Source: an uncultured Actinomycetes bacterium
Lineage (GTDB): Bacteria; Actinomycetota; Acidimicrobiia; IMCC26256; PALSA-610
NCBI GenBank assembly: GCA_963807945.1
Contig: CAWEDT010000005.1
Span: 20,624 to 84,623 of the forward strand
Reading direction: 5' to 3'
DNA: 64,000 nucleotides
Shown: piece by piece, positions 21,935 to 31,345 of the stretch
How the letters are laid out: every line of letters starts with the position of its first letter
How positions within the stretch are numbered: position 1 is the stretch's first letter
Program-made: the position numbers and the translations under genes
The notes under the pieces: model-generated
The model's database searches: none
Told to the model about the DNA's origin: nothing
The model's input: the letters and a program-made list of their open reading frames with translations, nothing else

Positions 21935-22462
21935 TCAGTCGTCGCCCGACTCTTGGTCGTGGTCACTCTGGTCGTGGTCACTCTGATCGTGGTGCTTTTC
22001 GTGCTCGGCGGTCTTTGCGTCGTTGTCATCCCCGGCGTCGTCGGTGCCGTGGCACTTGTGATGCGCGGCCGCGGATACCGCCTGGCCGTGCTCGTTGCCG
22101 TGACCCCTCGGCGCCTCGTGCGCGACCTTCGACACGTCGGCTCCGTGATTGCAGGTTCCGGGCAGCGGCGTCGGTGCGAGCGTTGCGGTGGTAGTGGTGG
22201 TCGTCGTCGACTCGGTGGTCGTGCTCGTGGTCGAATCAGTCGTGGTCGTCGACTCGGTGGTGGTCGACTCGGTGCTCGTCGTCGCATCCGCCGACGTGGT
22301 GGTGGAGCCGTCGACCTCGGTCTGATCGATGTTCGACGCATGCGACGAAGCCGTCGCCGCGGTCATGCCCCAGGCCGCACCACATGACAGCATCGAGACC
22401 ACAACTGCCGATGCGAACTTGATGAGGCGTTGTCTTCCGAGCACGGGCACCATCCCTGGCAA
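21935..22462 (-). CDS. Secreted Thr/Ser-rich protein with His/Asp-rich C-terminal tail
   Basis: Signal peptide, poly-Thr linker, CNHGADVSKVAH / HGQAVSAAAHHKC motif, DHDQS repeats. Confidence 0.65.
   Translation of the reverse strand: MPGMVPVLGRQRLIKFASAVVVSMLSCGAAWGMTAATASSHASNIDQTEVDGSTTTSADATTSTESTTTESTTTTDSTTSTTTESTTTTTTTATLAPTPLPGTCNHGADVSKVAHEAPRGHGNEHGQAVSAAAHHKCHGTDDAGDDNDAKTAEHEKHHDQSDHDQSDHDQESGDD
21952..21994. repeat. 15-bp tandem repeat (~3 copies) encoding (S)DHDQ
   Basis: tggtcgtggtcactc tggtcgtggtcactc tgatcgtgg. Confidence 0.7.
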
Positions 22463-22476
22463 TAGGCGTGCGCCTG

Positions 22477-22505
22477 TTATCGGCCTCCGATGGCCTGAAT
22501 CTGAA
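22477..22505 (-). promoter_or_regulatory. Sigma-28-type promoter upstream of the Thr-rich secreted protein
   Basis: Minus strand TTCA-N17-GCCGATAA (perfect -10). Confidence 0.6.
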
Positions 22506-22506
22506 A

Positions 22507-23568
22507 CTACCCGAGCAACACGATCGTGCGGCCGGTCGACCGGCGATTCGCCATCGCCTCCATGGCGGCGGGGAGCGCTTCGAAGTCGACGACGTCGCCG
22601 ATAACGGCCTTGATCGCGCCTTGCTCCACCAGCGCGACGATCTCACGATTGATCTGCGCGCCGAGCTCGCTCGATGCGAAGTTCCAACCCATTGCCGTCT
22701 TCACCATTTGCGCGAGATCAGGCGGCGCGTACGCGAGCAAGACGCCGCAGAGCTTGAAGTTTCCGAGCGCGACGCGGCGGGGCACGATGAACGGCTCGTC
22801 GGCGACGACCTTGTTCGACGCGAAGCCCATCATCAGGTAGCGACCGTTGTAGGCAGTGCAACCCATTGAGGCTTCCATCACGGCTTCACCGACGTTGTCG
22901 AACACCACCTCGACCCCGCGGCCGTCGGTCGCTTCGAGCACGATCGGCCCGAAGTCGGTCTCGGCGTAGTTGATCGCGACGTCGGCGCCGAGCTCCCGGC
23001 ACAGGGCAACCTTCTCGTCGCTGCCTGCAGTTGCGAACACACGCGCGCCGCGGTGCTTCGCGAGCTGGATCGCCGCCGATCCCGATCCGCCCGCGCCCGC
23101 GTGGATCAGGACGCTCTCACCGGGTTGCAGGTCGGCGCGGTCGAACAAGCCCAGCCACGCGAGGTGGAACGGGAAGAACAGCGCGGCCGCGTCGGGGAGT
23201 GGAATCGATTCCGGAATGTCGAACACCGCTGCGGTCGGGCAGATCGCGTACTCGGCGAAGCCTCCGTTGGCGCCCTTCGTGGTGGCCACGACGCGCCGGC
23301 CCGCGAACTCCTCCGCGCCCGCGCCGCACGCGTCGACGATGCCCATCACTTCCATGCCCGGGCTGTAGGGCAGCTCGGGCCGCACCATCATGTTGCCGCC
23401 GTTGATGCGCTCGAGATCGTTGAGGTTCAGCGGGATCGCCTGCACCCGCACGCGCACCTCGCCCGCTTCGGGATCGGGGATCGGCACTGTGTCGAGTTGC
23501 AACACCTCGGTCGGTTGCTCGCCGTACTCGTGCGTACGCCACGCGCGCATGGTGCCGTTGTCAGCCAC
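22507..23568 (-). CDS. NADPH:quinone oxidoreductase (MDR/zeta-crystallin family)
   Basis: PYSPGME, GGFAEY, VLIHAGAGGSG, GADVAINY, VFDNVG. Confidence 0.9.
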   Translation of the reverse strand: MADNGTMRAWRTHEYGEQPTEVLQLDTVPIPDPEAGEVRVRVQAIPLNLNDLERINGGNMMVRPELPYSPGMEVMGIVDACGAGAEEFAGRRVVATTKGANGGFAEYAICPTAAVFDIPESIPLPDAAALFFPFHLAWLGLFDRADLQPGESVLIHAGAGGSGSAAIQLAKHRGARVFATAGSDEKVALCRELGADVAINYAETDFGPIVLEATDGRGVEVVFDNVGEAVMEASMGCTAYNGRYLMMGFASNKVVADEPFIVPRRVALGNFKLCGVLLAYAPPDLAQMVKTAMGWNFASSELGAQINREIVALVEQGAIKAVIGDVVDFEALPAAMEAMANRRSTGRTIVLLG

Positions 23569-23592
23569 GGCCCGAGACCCTAGGTCGCAGCG

Positions 23593-26500
23593 TCAGGGCT
23601 CCGACGACCGCCGAGTTGCCGCGCTCGCGAGCTCGGCTCGAGTCGACACGCCGAGCTTCGAGAAGATGTGACTGAGGTGGATCTTGACGGTGCCGCGCGC
23701 GACGAATAACCGCTCGGCGATCTGCGGATTCGTCAGGCCCTCTGCCGCCAAGGCGACGACCTGATTCTCCATGGGTGTCAACGCATCCCACCCCGACGAC
23801 GGTCGCTTGCGTTCGCTCCGCGCCCGGGCTGCGTAAGCGATTGCGTCATCGGTGGTGAGCGCCTCACCTTCGGACCACGCCGAGCCGAACTCCTCGGCGC
23901 CGAGGTTCTCCCGGATCAGCGCGACGAGCTCGTCGTGCTCGACGAGATCGACGGGTCGTCGGGCGAAGCCATTGGTCGTACGCGCCGTCGAGGTTGCTCC
24001 CAAGAGGCGAGCGGCCTCGGGATAGCTCTCCCCGTCGGCGGCGAGCCGGGCCAGGGCTTCCAGCGAATCGACGACGCCGGGAAGGAAGCCGTGTTGATGC
24101 CGTATCGCGAGCGCATCGTGATGTAGCCGCTCGGATTCGCGCGCCTGCCCACGGCGCCGAGCCAGCAAACCCAGCTGGTAGTCGGCGCCTGCCGCGAGAT
24201 ACGGGTTGTCGAGCGGCGCTCCGGCGTAGCGGCGCGCGGTGTCGAGGGCGTCTGCCGCGGCGTCGCAGTCTCCGAGTGCCAAGTGTGCGGCGCCGCGTAG
24301 GAGTGATGACCATGATGCCCAGACCGGAACTACGAAGCCGTGGTCGGTGAACGCGAGCTTCTCGAGCTCCGTGAGCGCACCTTGCGGGTCGGCAATACCG
24401 AGCGCCAACGTGGCCGATGCGATCACGGTGGGTTCGTCGGCCGGGAAGTCGTCGGCCGTGACCGGGCGGTTGAGGGCATCGAGGCGCCGCGCCGCAGCCG
24501 GATAGTCGCCGGCGAGCGTGTCGACGTCGGCGAGCCACGACGAGGCGATCGAACCGGTCGAGGGATCGCCGACTGCTCGACAGTCGTCGAGCGCGAACTC
24601 GAGCTCGCGCCGAGCCGTTCCGATATCGCCTCGAGCCAGGGCTATGAAGCCGTTGCCCGTTCGATACCACGCACGGAAGAACAGGTTGCCGAGCTTCGTC
24701 GCCACGTCGCCGAGCTCGTCGATGGTCGCACGCGTCGCGTCCAGGCGGTGTTGCGTCGCCCTCGCGGCACTCAACATCTTCAGCCCGTCGGCGATCGCCC
24801 ACGAATCGTTGATCTCGCGCCCCAGCGCGATGCTTCGTGCGAGCGTGTCGCCGGCCCGGCCCGGGTCGAGGAACACTTCCGCGTAGCCGATCGTGTTGAG
24901 TGCGCGCGCCTGCGTCCACGTGTCACCGATGGATTCGGCCATCGCGAGTGCTTCGGGCGCACGTTGCATCATGATTCCGTATTCGCGCGCGTACAGGGCG
25001 ACGTGGGCGGCACCCCAGAGTGCGCGGGCGCGGAAAACCGACTCCGGGCCATCGGCTTCGAGCGCACGCTCGAACCAGCGCACGCCTTCGGCCAGATGGC
25101 CGCGCAGCTCGAAGAACAGAGCGAGCGCGGTGACCATGCGGAGCATCGTTTCCTGCGCACCGCCGGCCTCGGCCCAGTCGAGCGCGGCATCGAGGTTGTC
25201 CTGCTCTTCGTCGAGCCGCGCCAGCGACGCCGGTCCGGCGCCCGTGACGAACGTCGGTGCCGCCGCTTCGGCGAGTTGTAAGAAGAACTCGAGATGCCGG
25301 TCGCGAACATCGGCGCTCTCGCCCGATTCGACAAGCCGTTCGCTCGCGTACTGGCGGATGGTTTCCAGCAGGCGATACCGGCTGCATTCGTCGTTGACCT
25401 GAACGAGTGACTTGTCGACGAGCCTGGTCACGAGCTCGAGTACCGCGTAAGAGTCGACGAGTTCGTCGGCGCATACGGCTTCCGCCGCTTCCAGCGTGAA
25501 ACCGCTCGAGAACACCGAGAGTCGGCGGAGCACCGCGCGCTCCTGTTCGTCGAGCAGCTCGTGACTCCACGCCACTGAGGCCTCGAGCGTCTGCTGACGA
25601 GGCATGACGGTTCGTCCGCCGCCGGTGAGCAGGCGGAACCGGTCGTCGAGCGCTTGCGCGATTCGGGCCGGCTGCATCATCCGAACCCGCGCCGCCGCGA
25701 GCTCGATCGCCAACGGAAGATGATCGAGGCGGGTGCAAATGCGCGCGATCGATGCGAGGTCGTCCTCGTCGGGCTCGAAGCGGGCGCGCGCCTGACGCGC
25801 CCGGTCGACGAAGAGGGACTGCGACGTTTCCGCATCGAGCGAGGGAACCCGCCACGCGGTCTCGCCGGCGATGCCGAGTGGCTCCCGGCTGGTCGCGATG
25901 ATCCGTAGGCGCGGGAGCAGTTGCAGGAGCTCGGTGACGAACGCCGCGGTGGATTCGAGCACCTGCTCGCAGTTGTCGAGGACGGCGAGGAGGTCGCGGT
26001 CGCCGAGCTGTTCGGGCAGCGTCTCGGTCCAGGGCCGGCCGTGGTCGGGACGATGGCCGAGACCAGTGGCAATCGCCAGCGGCACGAGTGCGGCATCGCT
26101 GAGCGGCGCGAGCTCGATCCAGCGGACACCGCCGGCGAAGTTCTCCAACTCTTCGGCGGCGGCGCGCAGCGCGAGACGGGTCTTGCCGCACCCACCCGTG
26201 CCGGTGAGGGTCACCACTCGTTGGCGTTGCAACGCGTCGCGCACCTCGCGCAGCTCGGCGTCACGACCGACGAAGCTCGTGAGGTCGACCGGAAGATTGC
26301 TCGGGCTCACGTCGATCGAGCGCAGCGGCGGGAAGTCCGCGGCGAGGTCGGGATGGCAGAGCTGCCACACCCGCTCGACCCTTTCCAAACCCTTGAGGCG
26401 ATGGGTGCCGAGATCGCGCCACGCGACACCGTCGACCGCGTTGTCGACGAGGAGATCGTGGGCGGAGTCCGAGACGATGACCTGACCGCCGTGCGCGATC

Positions 26501-26970
26501 GACCGCAGCCGCGCACACCGAATAATTGCCGGCCCCGAGTAGTTGCCTTCGGCGTCGCCGTCCGGGCCCGAGACGCGTTCGCCGCGGTGCCGCGCCTCGC
26601 CGGTGTGGAGCGCGACGCGGATCCGAAGCGGTTCATCGCCCGGCCACACCTCGTCGTTGAGCGCCCGCTGGATGTCGAGAGCCGCCGCGAGGGCATCCGA
26701 GGCGCGGGTGAACACTGCGACCACGCTGTCGCCTTCGCCTTGCTCCAGCGGCCGCGCGCCGCCGTGCAACACGATCGCGGCGTCGAGCAACTCGTAGTGA
26801 CGGGTCATCGCGGCCGCGGCGGCTTCCGCGTCCGCTTCCCACATCGGCGTGGATCCCTCGACGTCGGTGAGCAGGAAGGTGACGGTTCCCGTCGGGAGGT
26901 GCACGTCGGTTCCGACCGAGTCGCCATTCGTCATTGCTGCGAAGCTTGCCAGGTCGTCGTTCGTCGTCAT
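23593..26970 (-). CDS. Adenylate cyclase + NB-ARC/STAND ATPase + TPR + LuxR HTH regulator (Rv0386/Rv2488c-like)
   Basis: LLTDVEGST, QGEGDS, GTGGCGKTRLA, LDNCEQV, TSREPL, LPLAIELAAAR, LTPMENQV..GLTNPQIAERLFV..TVKIHL. Confidence 0.92.
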   Translation of the reverse strand: MTTNDDLASFAAMTNGDSVGTDVHLPTGTVTFLLTDVEGSTPMWEADAEAAAAAMTRHYELLDAAIVLHGGARPLEQGEGDSVVAVFTRASDALAAALDIQRALNDEVWPGDEPLRIRVALHTGEARHRGERVSGPDGDAEGNYSGPAIIRCARLRSIAHGGQVIVSDSAHDLLVDNAVDGVAWRDLGTHRLKGLERVERVWQLCHPDLAADFPPLRSIDVSPSNLPVDLTSFVGRDAELREVRDALQRQRVVTLTGTGGCGKTRLALRAAAEELENFAGGVRWIELAPLSDAALVPLAIATGLGHRPDHGRPWTETLPEQLGDRDLLAVLDNCEQVLESTAAFVTELLQLLPRLRIIATSREPLGIAGETAWRVPSLDAETSQSLFVDRARQARARFEPDEDDLASIARICTRLDHLPLAIELAAARVRMMQPARIAQALDDRFRLLTGGGRTVMPRQQTLEASVAWSHELLDEQERAVLRRLSVFSSGFTLEAAEAVCADELVDSYAVLELVTRLVDKSLVQVNDECSRYRLLETIRQYASERLVESGESADVRDRHLEFFLQLAEAAAPTFVTGAGPASLARLDEEQDNLDAALDWAEAGGAQETMLRMVTALALFFELRGHLAEGVRWFERALEADGPESVFRARALWGAAHVALYAREYGIMMQRAPEALAMAESIGDTWTQARALNTIGYAEVFLDPGRAGDTLARSIALGREINDSWAIADGLKMLSAARATQHRLDATRATIDELGDVATKLGNLFFRAWYRTGNGFIALARGDIGTARRELEFALDDCRAVGDPSTGSIASSWLADVDTLAGDYPAAARRLDALNRPVTADDFPADEPTVIASATLALGIADPQGALTELEKLAFTDHGFVVPVWASWSSLLRGAAHLALGDCDAAADALDTARRYAGAPLDNPYLAAGADYQLGLLARRRGQARESERLHHDALAIRHQHGFLPGVVDSLEALARLAADGESYPEAARLLGATSTARTTNGFARRPVDLVEHDELVALIRENLGAEEFGSAWSEGEALTTDDAIAYAARARSERKRPSSGWDALTPMENQVVALAAEGLTNPQIAERLFVARGTVKIHLSHIFSKLGVSTRAELASAATRRSSEP

Positions 26971-27058
26971 ACGGGCATCTTGAGTTGCCGCCCGGACGGC
27001 AACATCTCCCATATGGCATATATGGATGCGATCCCGCGCGGGGCGGGCGTCCTCGGGC

Positions 27059-28159
27059 TTAACGGGCGAGCGAGAGCGCGAGGGTCTCGACGACGCGGTG
27101 TTGGTCGGCGTCGGTAAGGGTCGGGTACATCGGGAGCGAGAGCAGGCCTTCGTAGGCGCGCTCCGTCTCGGGGTAGTCCGACGGTGCCACGCCCAACGGC
27201 GCGAACAGCGGGTGGCGATAGATCGGGACGTAGTGCACCTGCACGCCGATTCCGGCGGCCCGCATCGAGTCGTACACCGCGCGCCGGCGGGGGACCCGTA
27301 CCGGGAACAAGTGGTACGCGTGCCGTGAGTGTTCGGGCGCGGCCGGCGCGATCTCGACGTCGAGACCCACGAGCAGCTCCTGATAGTTCACCGCGAGCTC
27401 GTTGCGACGGGTCACGAACTGCTCGAGTCGCCGGAGCTGTGACGCGCCGAGCGCGCACTGGAGATCAGTGATCCGCGCGTTCGGAGCCAGCTCCGCGATC
27501 TCGTAGTACCAGCCGCCCTGATCCGACACCGGCACCATGCCGTGCGAACGGAACCGGCGGAGCCGGGCCGCGATCTCCGGCGAGTTCGTCGTGACCGCGC
27601 CGCCTTCGCCGGTCGTCACCGTCTTCACCGGATGGAACGAGAACACGCACGCGTCGGAATGGGCGCAGTTCCCGACCGGACCGTCGGGCGTGTACGCGCC
27701 GAGCGCGTGCGCCGCGTCTTCGATGATCACGCGGGGCCGGTTCACGAGTGCCGCGAGATCGACCGGCAGGCCCGCGTAGTGCACTGGAATGAGCGCGTCG
27801 CAGCGGGGGATCCCGCCGAGGTCGATGTTGAGGGTCTTCGGGTCGATGTCGACGAACCCGGGCTGCGCGTCGACCCAGAGCGCGCAACTGGCGCTGGCGA
27901 CGAACGAGAGTGGCGACGTGAGCACGCGGTCGCCCTTGCCGACGCCCGCCGCCCACAACGCGGCGTGCAACGCGACGGTCCCGGATGCGAACGCGACCGC
28001 GCACGACGCGTCGGTTGCCGCGCACAGCGCCGCTTCGAAGCGTTCGATCGCGGGGCCCTGGGTGAGCCAGTCACCGCGCAGCACGTTGACGACGGCGGCG
28101 ATGTCGTCGTCGTCGATGGTCTGGCGGCCGTAGGGAATGTCGATCATCGTGGCGTGCAT
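27059..28159 (-). CDS. pseC: PseC UDP-4-amino-4,6-dideoxy-AltNAc transaminase (DegT family)
   Basis: IPYGRQTID, WLTQGP, IIEDAAHALG, SFHPVKTVTTGEGG, VQVHYVP, LSLPMYP; follows pseB. Confidence 0.88.
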   Translation of the reverse strand: MHATMIDIPYGRQTIDDDDIAAVVNVLRGDWLTQGPAIERFEAALCAATDASCAVAFASGTVALHAALWAAGVGKGDRVLTSPLSFVASASCALWVDAQPGFVDIDPKTLNIDLGGIPRCDALIPVHYAGLPVDLAALVNRPRVIIEDAAHALGAYTPDGPVGNCAHSDACVFSFHPVKTVTTGEGGAVTTNSPEIAARLRRFRSHGMVPVSDQGGWYYEIAELAPNARITDLQCALGASQLRRLEQFVTRRNELAVNYQELLVGLDVEIAPAAPEHSRHAYHLFPVRVPRRRAVYDSMRAAGIGVQVHYVPIYRHPLFAPLGVAPSDYPETERAYEGLLSLPMYPTLTDADQHRVVETLALSLAR

Positions 28160-28162
28160 CGG

Positions 28163-29140
28163 TCAGGCCGCGAGTACCGAGCGGAGCTCGTCGATCGACA
28201 GCCATTCTTCGTTCGTGTTGCTTGCGTACTCGAACTCGTCGTCGACGGCTTTGCCGACCGTCGTCGGTCCGAGCTCGTCCCACCAGGGGTGCTCGGGCAT
28301 CACGAGGTATACGTCGCCGGCGTCGATGGTGTGTCGCGCTTCGTCCGACGTGATCAGCAGCTCGTGCAACTTCTCGCCGGGCCGGATCCCGATCACGTCC
28401 CGGGGCGCGCCCGGTGCGATCGCCTCCGCAAGGTCGGTCACGCGCATCGACGGGATCTTCGGGATGAACACCTCGCCGCCGTCCATGTTCTCGAGCGCGT
28501 AGAGCACGAGATCGACGGCCTGGGGGAGCGTGATCCAGAAGCGGGTCATGCGATCATCGGTGATCGTCAGCCGGCCGTCGCGCTCGAGCTGCTCGCGGAA
28601 CACCGGGACGACCGAACCGCGCGAGCCGACGACGTTGCCGTAGCGAACGCACGCCAAGCGGGTCTGGTGTTGCGCGGCGTACGCGTTGCCCTGCACGAAG
28701 ATCTTCTCGGCGCACAGCTTGGTCGCGCCGTAGAGGTTCACCGGGTTCACGGCCTTGTCGGTGCTGAGGGCGACGACTTTGCGCGCGTGCGCGTCGATCG
28801 CGGCGTCGACCACGTGCTGGGCGCCGAGCACGTTGGTGCGCACGGCTTCGAACGGGTTGTACTCGCACGCGGTGACCTGCTTCATCGCGGCGGCGTGCAC
28901 GACGATGTCGGCCCCTTCCACCGCACGCGTCATGCGGGCCCGGTCGCGCACGTCGCCGATGAGGTAGCGGACCTGCTCGTCACCGAACTTGGCGCGCATC
29001 TCCCACTGCTTCAGCTCGTCACGCGAGTACACGCGCACGACCGCGTCGGGCCAGCACCGGGTGACGCGCTCGACGAACGCGTTGCCGAATGAGCCGGTTG
29101 CTCCGGTCAGCAGGATCGTCGAACCGTTGAGATCGAGCAT
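28163..29140 (-). CDS. pseB: PseB UDP-GlcNAc 4,6-dehydratase (inverting)
   Basis: TGATGSFG, SRDELKQ, HAAAMKQV..CEYNP, STDKAVNPVNLYGATK, RYGNVVGSRGSV, GIRPGEKLHE. Confidence 0.93.
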   Translation of the reverse strand: MLDLNGSTILLTGATGSFGNAFVERVTRCWPDAVVRVYSRDELKQWEMRAKFGDEQVRYLIGDVRDRARMTRAVEGADIVVHAAAMKQVTACEYNPFEAVRTNVLGAQHVVDAAIDAHARKVVALSTDKAVNPVNLYGATKLCAEKIFVQGNAYAAQHQTRLACVRYGNVVGSRGSVVPVFREQLERDGRLTITDDRMTRFWITLPQAVDLVLYALENMDGGEVFIPKIPSMRVTDLAEAIAPGAPRDVIGIRPGEKLHELLITSDEARHTIDAGDVYLVMPEHPWWDELGPTTVGKAVDDEFEYASNTNEEWLSIDELRSVLAA

Positions 29141-30902
29141 CAGTGCTCCTCAGTTGTATTTGATGTGGACGCGACGGCGCGCACGGTGGTTGCCGCGGTC
29201 GCGAGAACGGGGTCCCATTCGTCGCCGAGGTGGCGGAAGACGAGTTGGATCGTGGGGAACCACGGCGACGTGTCGCTGCCGAGGTCGGACCAGTCCCACC
29301 GGTTGCCCATCATCACCGTGGGCACGCCGAGACCGCCGGCGAGCATCGACACCGCGCTGCGCGGTGCGACGACGAGGTCGAGGCACTGCATGAGCGCCGC
29401 GACCTCTTCGAAGTCGTTCATGAGGTCGAGCCAGTCCCAGCGGTGGATCTGCACGCCGAAGTTGCGCTCGGCCATGCGCAGATCGCGTTCGCAGTCGTCG
29501 TACTGGAGGTTGACCCACTGCACGTTCGGGATGGCAAAGAGCTCACCCCACTGGTCGAGCTGCGTGTACTCGAGGCGGCGTTCGGCGGTCTTCAACCGGC
29601 TCCGCCACGACATGCCGACGAACGGGCCGGGCCCGACGTCGGCCAGCCGTTGCTTCCACGCCCCGACCCGTTCGGGATCGGCGACGAGAAACGAGTCGCG
29701 TTCGGGAAAGTCGGCGAGCGACGCGCGGTAGTGGCCGGGCAGGCTGCCGGCCGGGATCGCGTACTCGAAGTCGTGCATCGTCTCGCTCTCGGCGACGCTG
29801 CCGGCGCGGAGGTTGATCGTCTGCCCACGCACTTCGGCGTCGGGGAACGACCCGCGAACAGGGTGGCGACGCGGGGATCGGTTTCGATCACGACGTCGGC
29901 CGCGGTTGCAATCAGGTCGGGATAACAGGATGCGAAGAGGATCTCGTCGCCGATGCCCTGCTCGCGGTAACAGAGCACTCGACCGTCACGGTTCTCCGGC
30001 GTCCAGCGGGGTGTGTTCGTCGGGCGCTCGTTGCCACGCGGGCCGAGCAGGCCCCACTCCCATTCCGCCCAGCCTTCGACGATCTCGCCCGCGGTCAGCA
30101 AGACGTACGACGCGTTCGAGTGCATGATGTCGGTGTCGGGTTCGAGCACGATCGAACGGTGGGCGTGTTCGATCGCTTCGTCGAAGCGGCCGACCTGGCC
30201 GTAGGCGATCGCGAGATTGCTCCGCGCCGCGGCCGAACCCTTCGAGAGTGTGAGCGCGTGTTCGAGACAGACGATCGCTTCGGGCAGATCGCCGAGCAGC
30301 CGCTCGGTGTTGCCGAGCAACGTCCAGAGATTCACGTCGGTGTCCCAGCCGAGCTCGATGCACTTGCGCAGCGAGACTTCGGCACTGCGCAGACGCCCGA
30401 GGTGGTAGAGCACCTCGCCGAGCACCGCGTGGTTCGGACCCTGCTCCGGCGCGAGCTGCGTCGCGCGTCGCATCGGCGCGACCGCCTCGTCGTACCGCTC
30501 GCTGTCCTTCAGGACCTGGCCGAGGTTGTGCCACGCGTGCCAGCTCTTCGGTTGGATGCCGACGATCTGGCGGAGCAGCACCTCGGCTTGCCCGTTGCGC
30601 TTCCCGCGCCGAAGCGCGTTCGCGAAGTTGTTGTAGAAGCCGACGTTGTCGACATCGAGTTCGCCGACGCGCGCAACCGCGGCGTCGAAGAGCTCGATCG
30701 CCTCCTCGGAGTCGTCGCGTTCGGAGAGGATCGCGCCGAGAATCTGCGCGGCTCCGGGTTCGGTGGGGTCCGACTCCAGGATCTGGCGACAGATCCGTTC
30801 GCTCTGGGCGAGGTCGCCGCGCTGATGGGCTTCGACCGCGCAGATCAGCAGCTCATCGAGCGAGGCGCCGAGCGCCTGGCCCCCTCTTGATCGTTCCGCC
30901 AC
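29140..30902 (-). CDS. TPR-repeat plus GT-B (GT9-like) protein; candidate FlmG/FlbA-type flagellin glycosyltransferase (frameshift ~29850)
   Basis: Multiple TPRs (AWHNLGQVL, ARSNLAIAY), REQGIGDEILFAS, VGMSWRS, VNLQYD, CLDLVV..SMLAGGLGVPT, PWFP; coupled to pseB. Confidence 0.8.
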
Positions 30903-30997
30903 GAGCGCCTTCCACTGCTTGGTCGGATCCCGATTTCGTCCGGATCTGATCGGCAGCCGAGCGGCTGTGAAGGTGCGCTCGTGAAGGCCCGAAACTC

Positions 30998-31345
30998 CTA
31001 TCCGGCGATGTCTACGACCCGTCCGGTTCGTCCGGATTCCCGGGCCTGGTGGCGGCCGGCCAGGGCCAGGAGGCTCGTGGCGATGCGGTCCTTGTCGGCC
31101 AGGGCCCGGGCCTCGAGGCTGCGGGTCCGCACGAGGAGATACTCGGCGCGGGGCGCCAGCTCGACGGGCATGGGCTCGCTCGGCAGCGACCGGGGCGTCG
31201 GCGTCGGGATCGATCGATCGCCGTTGGGCGCGTCGTCGTCGAGCGCGGCCTCCACGGCCGCGAGATCGCGTTCGATCTTCTCGAGCACGCTGCTCCAGCT
31301 GTCGCTCATGGTGTCGTTCTCGCTCACGGCGCTGTTCTCGCTCAT
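30998..31345 (-). CDS. Small helical protein after fliS (possible FliT-like chaperone)
   Basis: ATGA overlap with the fliS stop; WSSVLEKIERDL..PMPVELAPRA; position fliD-fliS-X. Confidence 0.55.
   Translation of the reverse strand: MSENSAVSENDTMSDSWSSVLEKIERDLAAVEAALDDDAPNGDRSIPTPTPRSLPSEPMPVELAPRAEYLLVRTRSLEARALADKDRIATSLLALAGRHQARESGRTGRVVDIAG

Noticed and set aside
22190-22290. Short gtggtcgtcgactcg-type repeats as a CRISPR or mobile repeat
   Set aside because: They encode the Thr/Ser-rich linker; there is no spacer structure and no cas genes.
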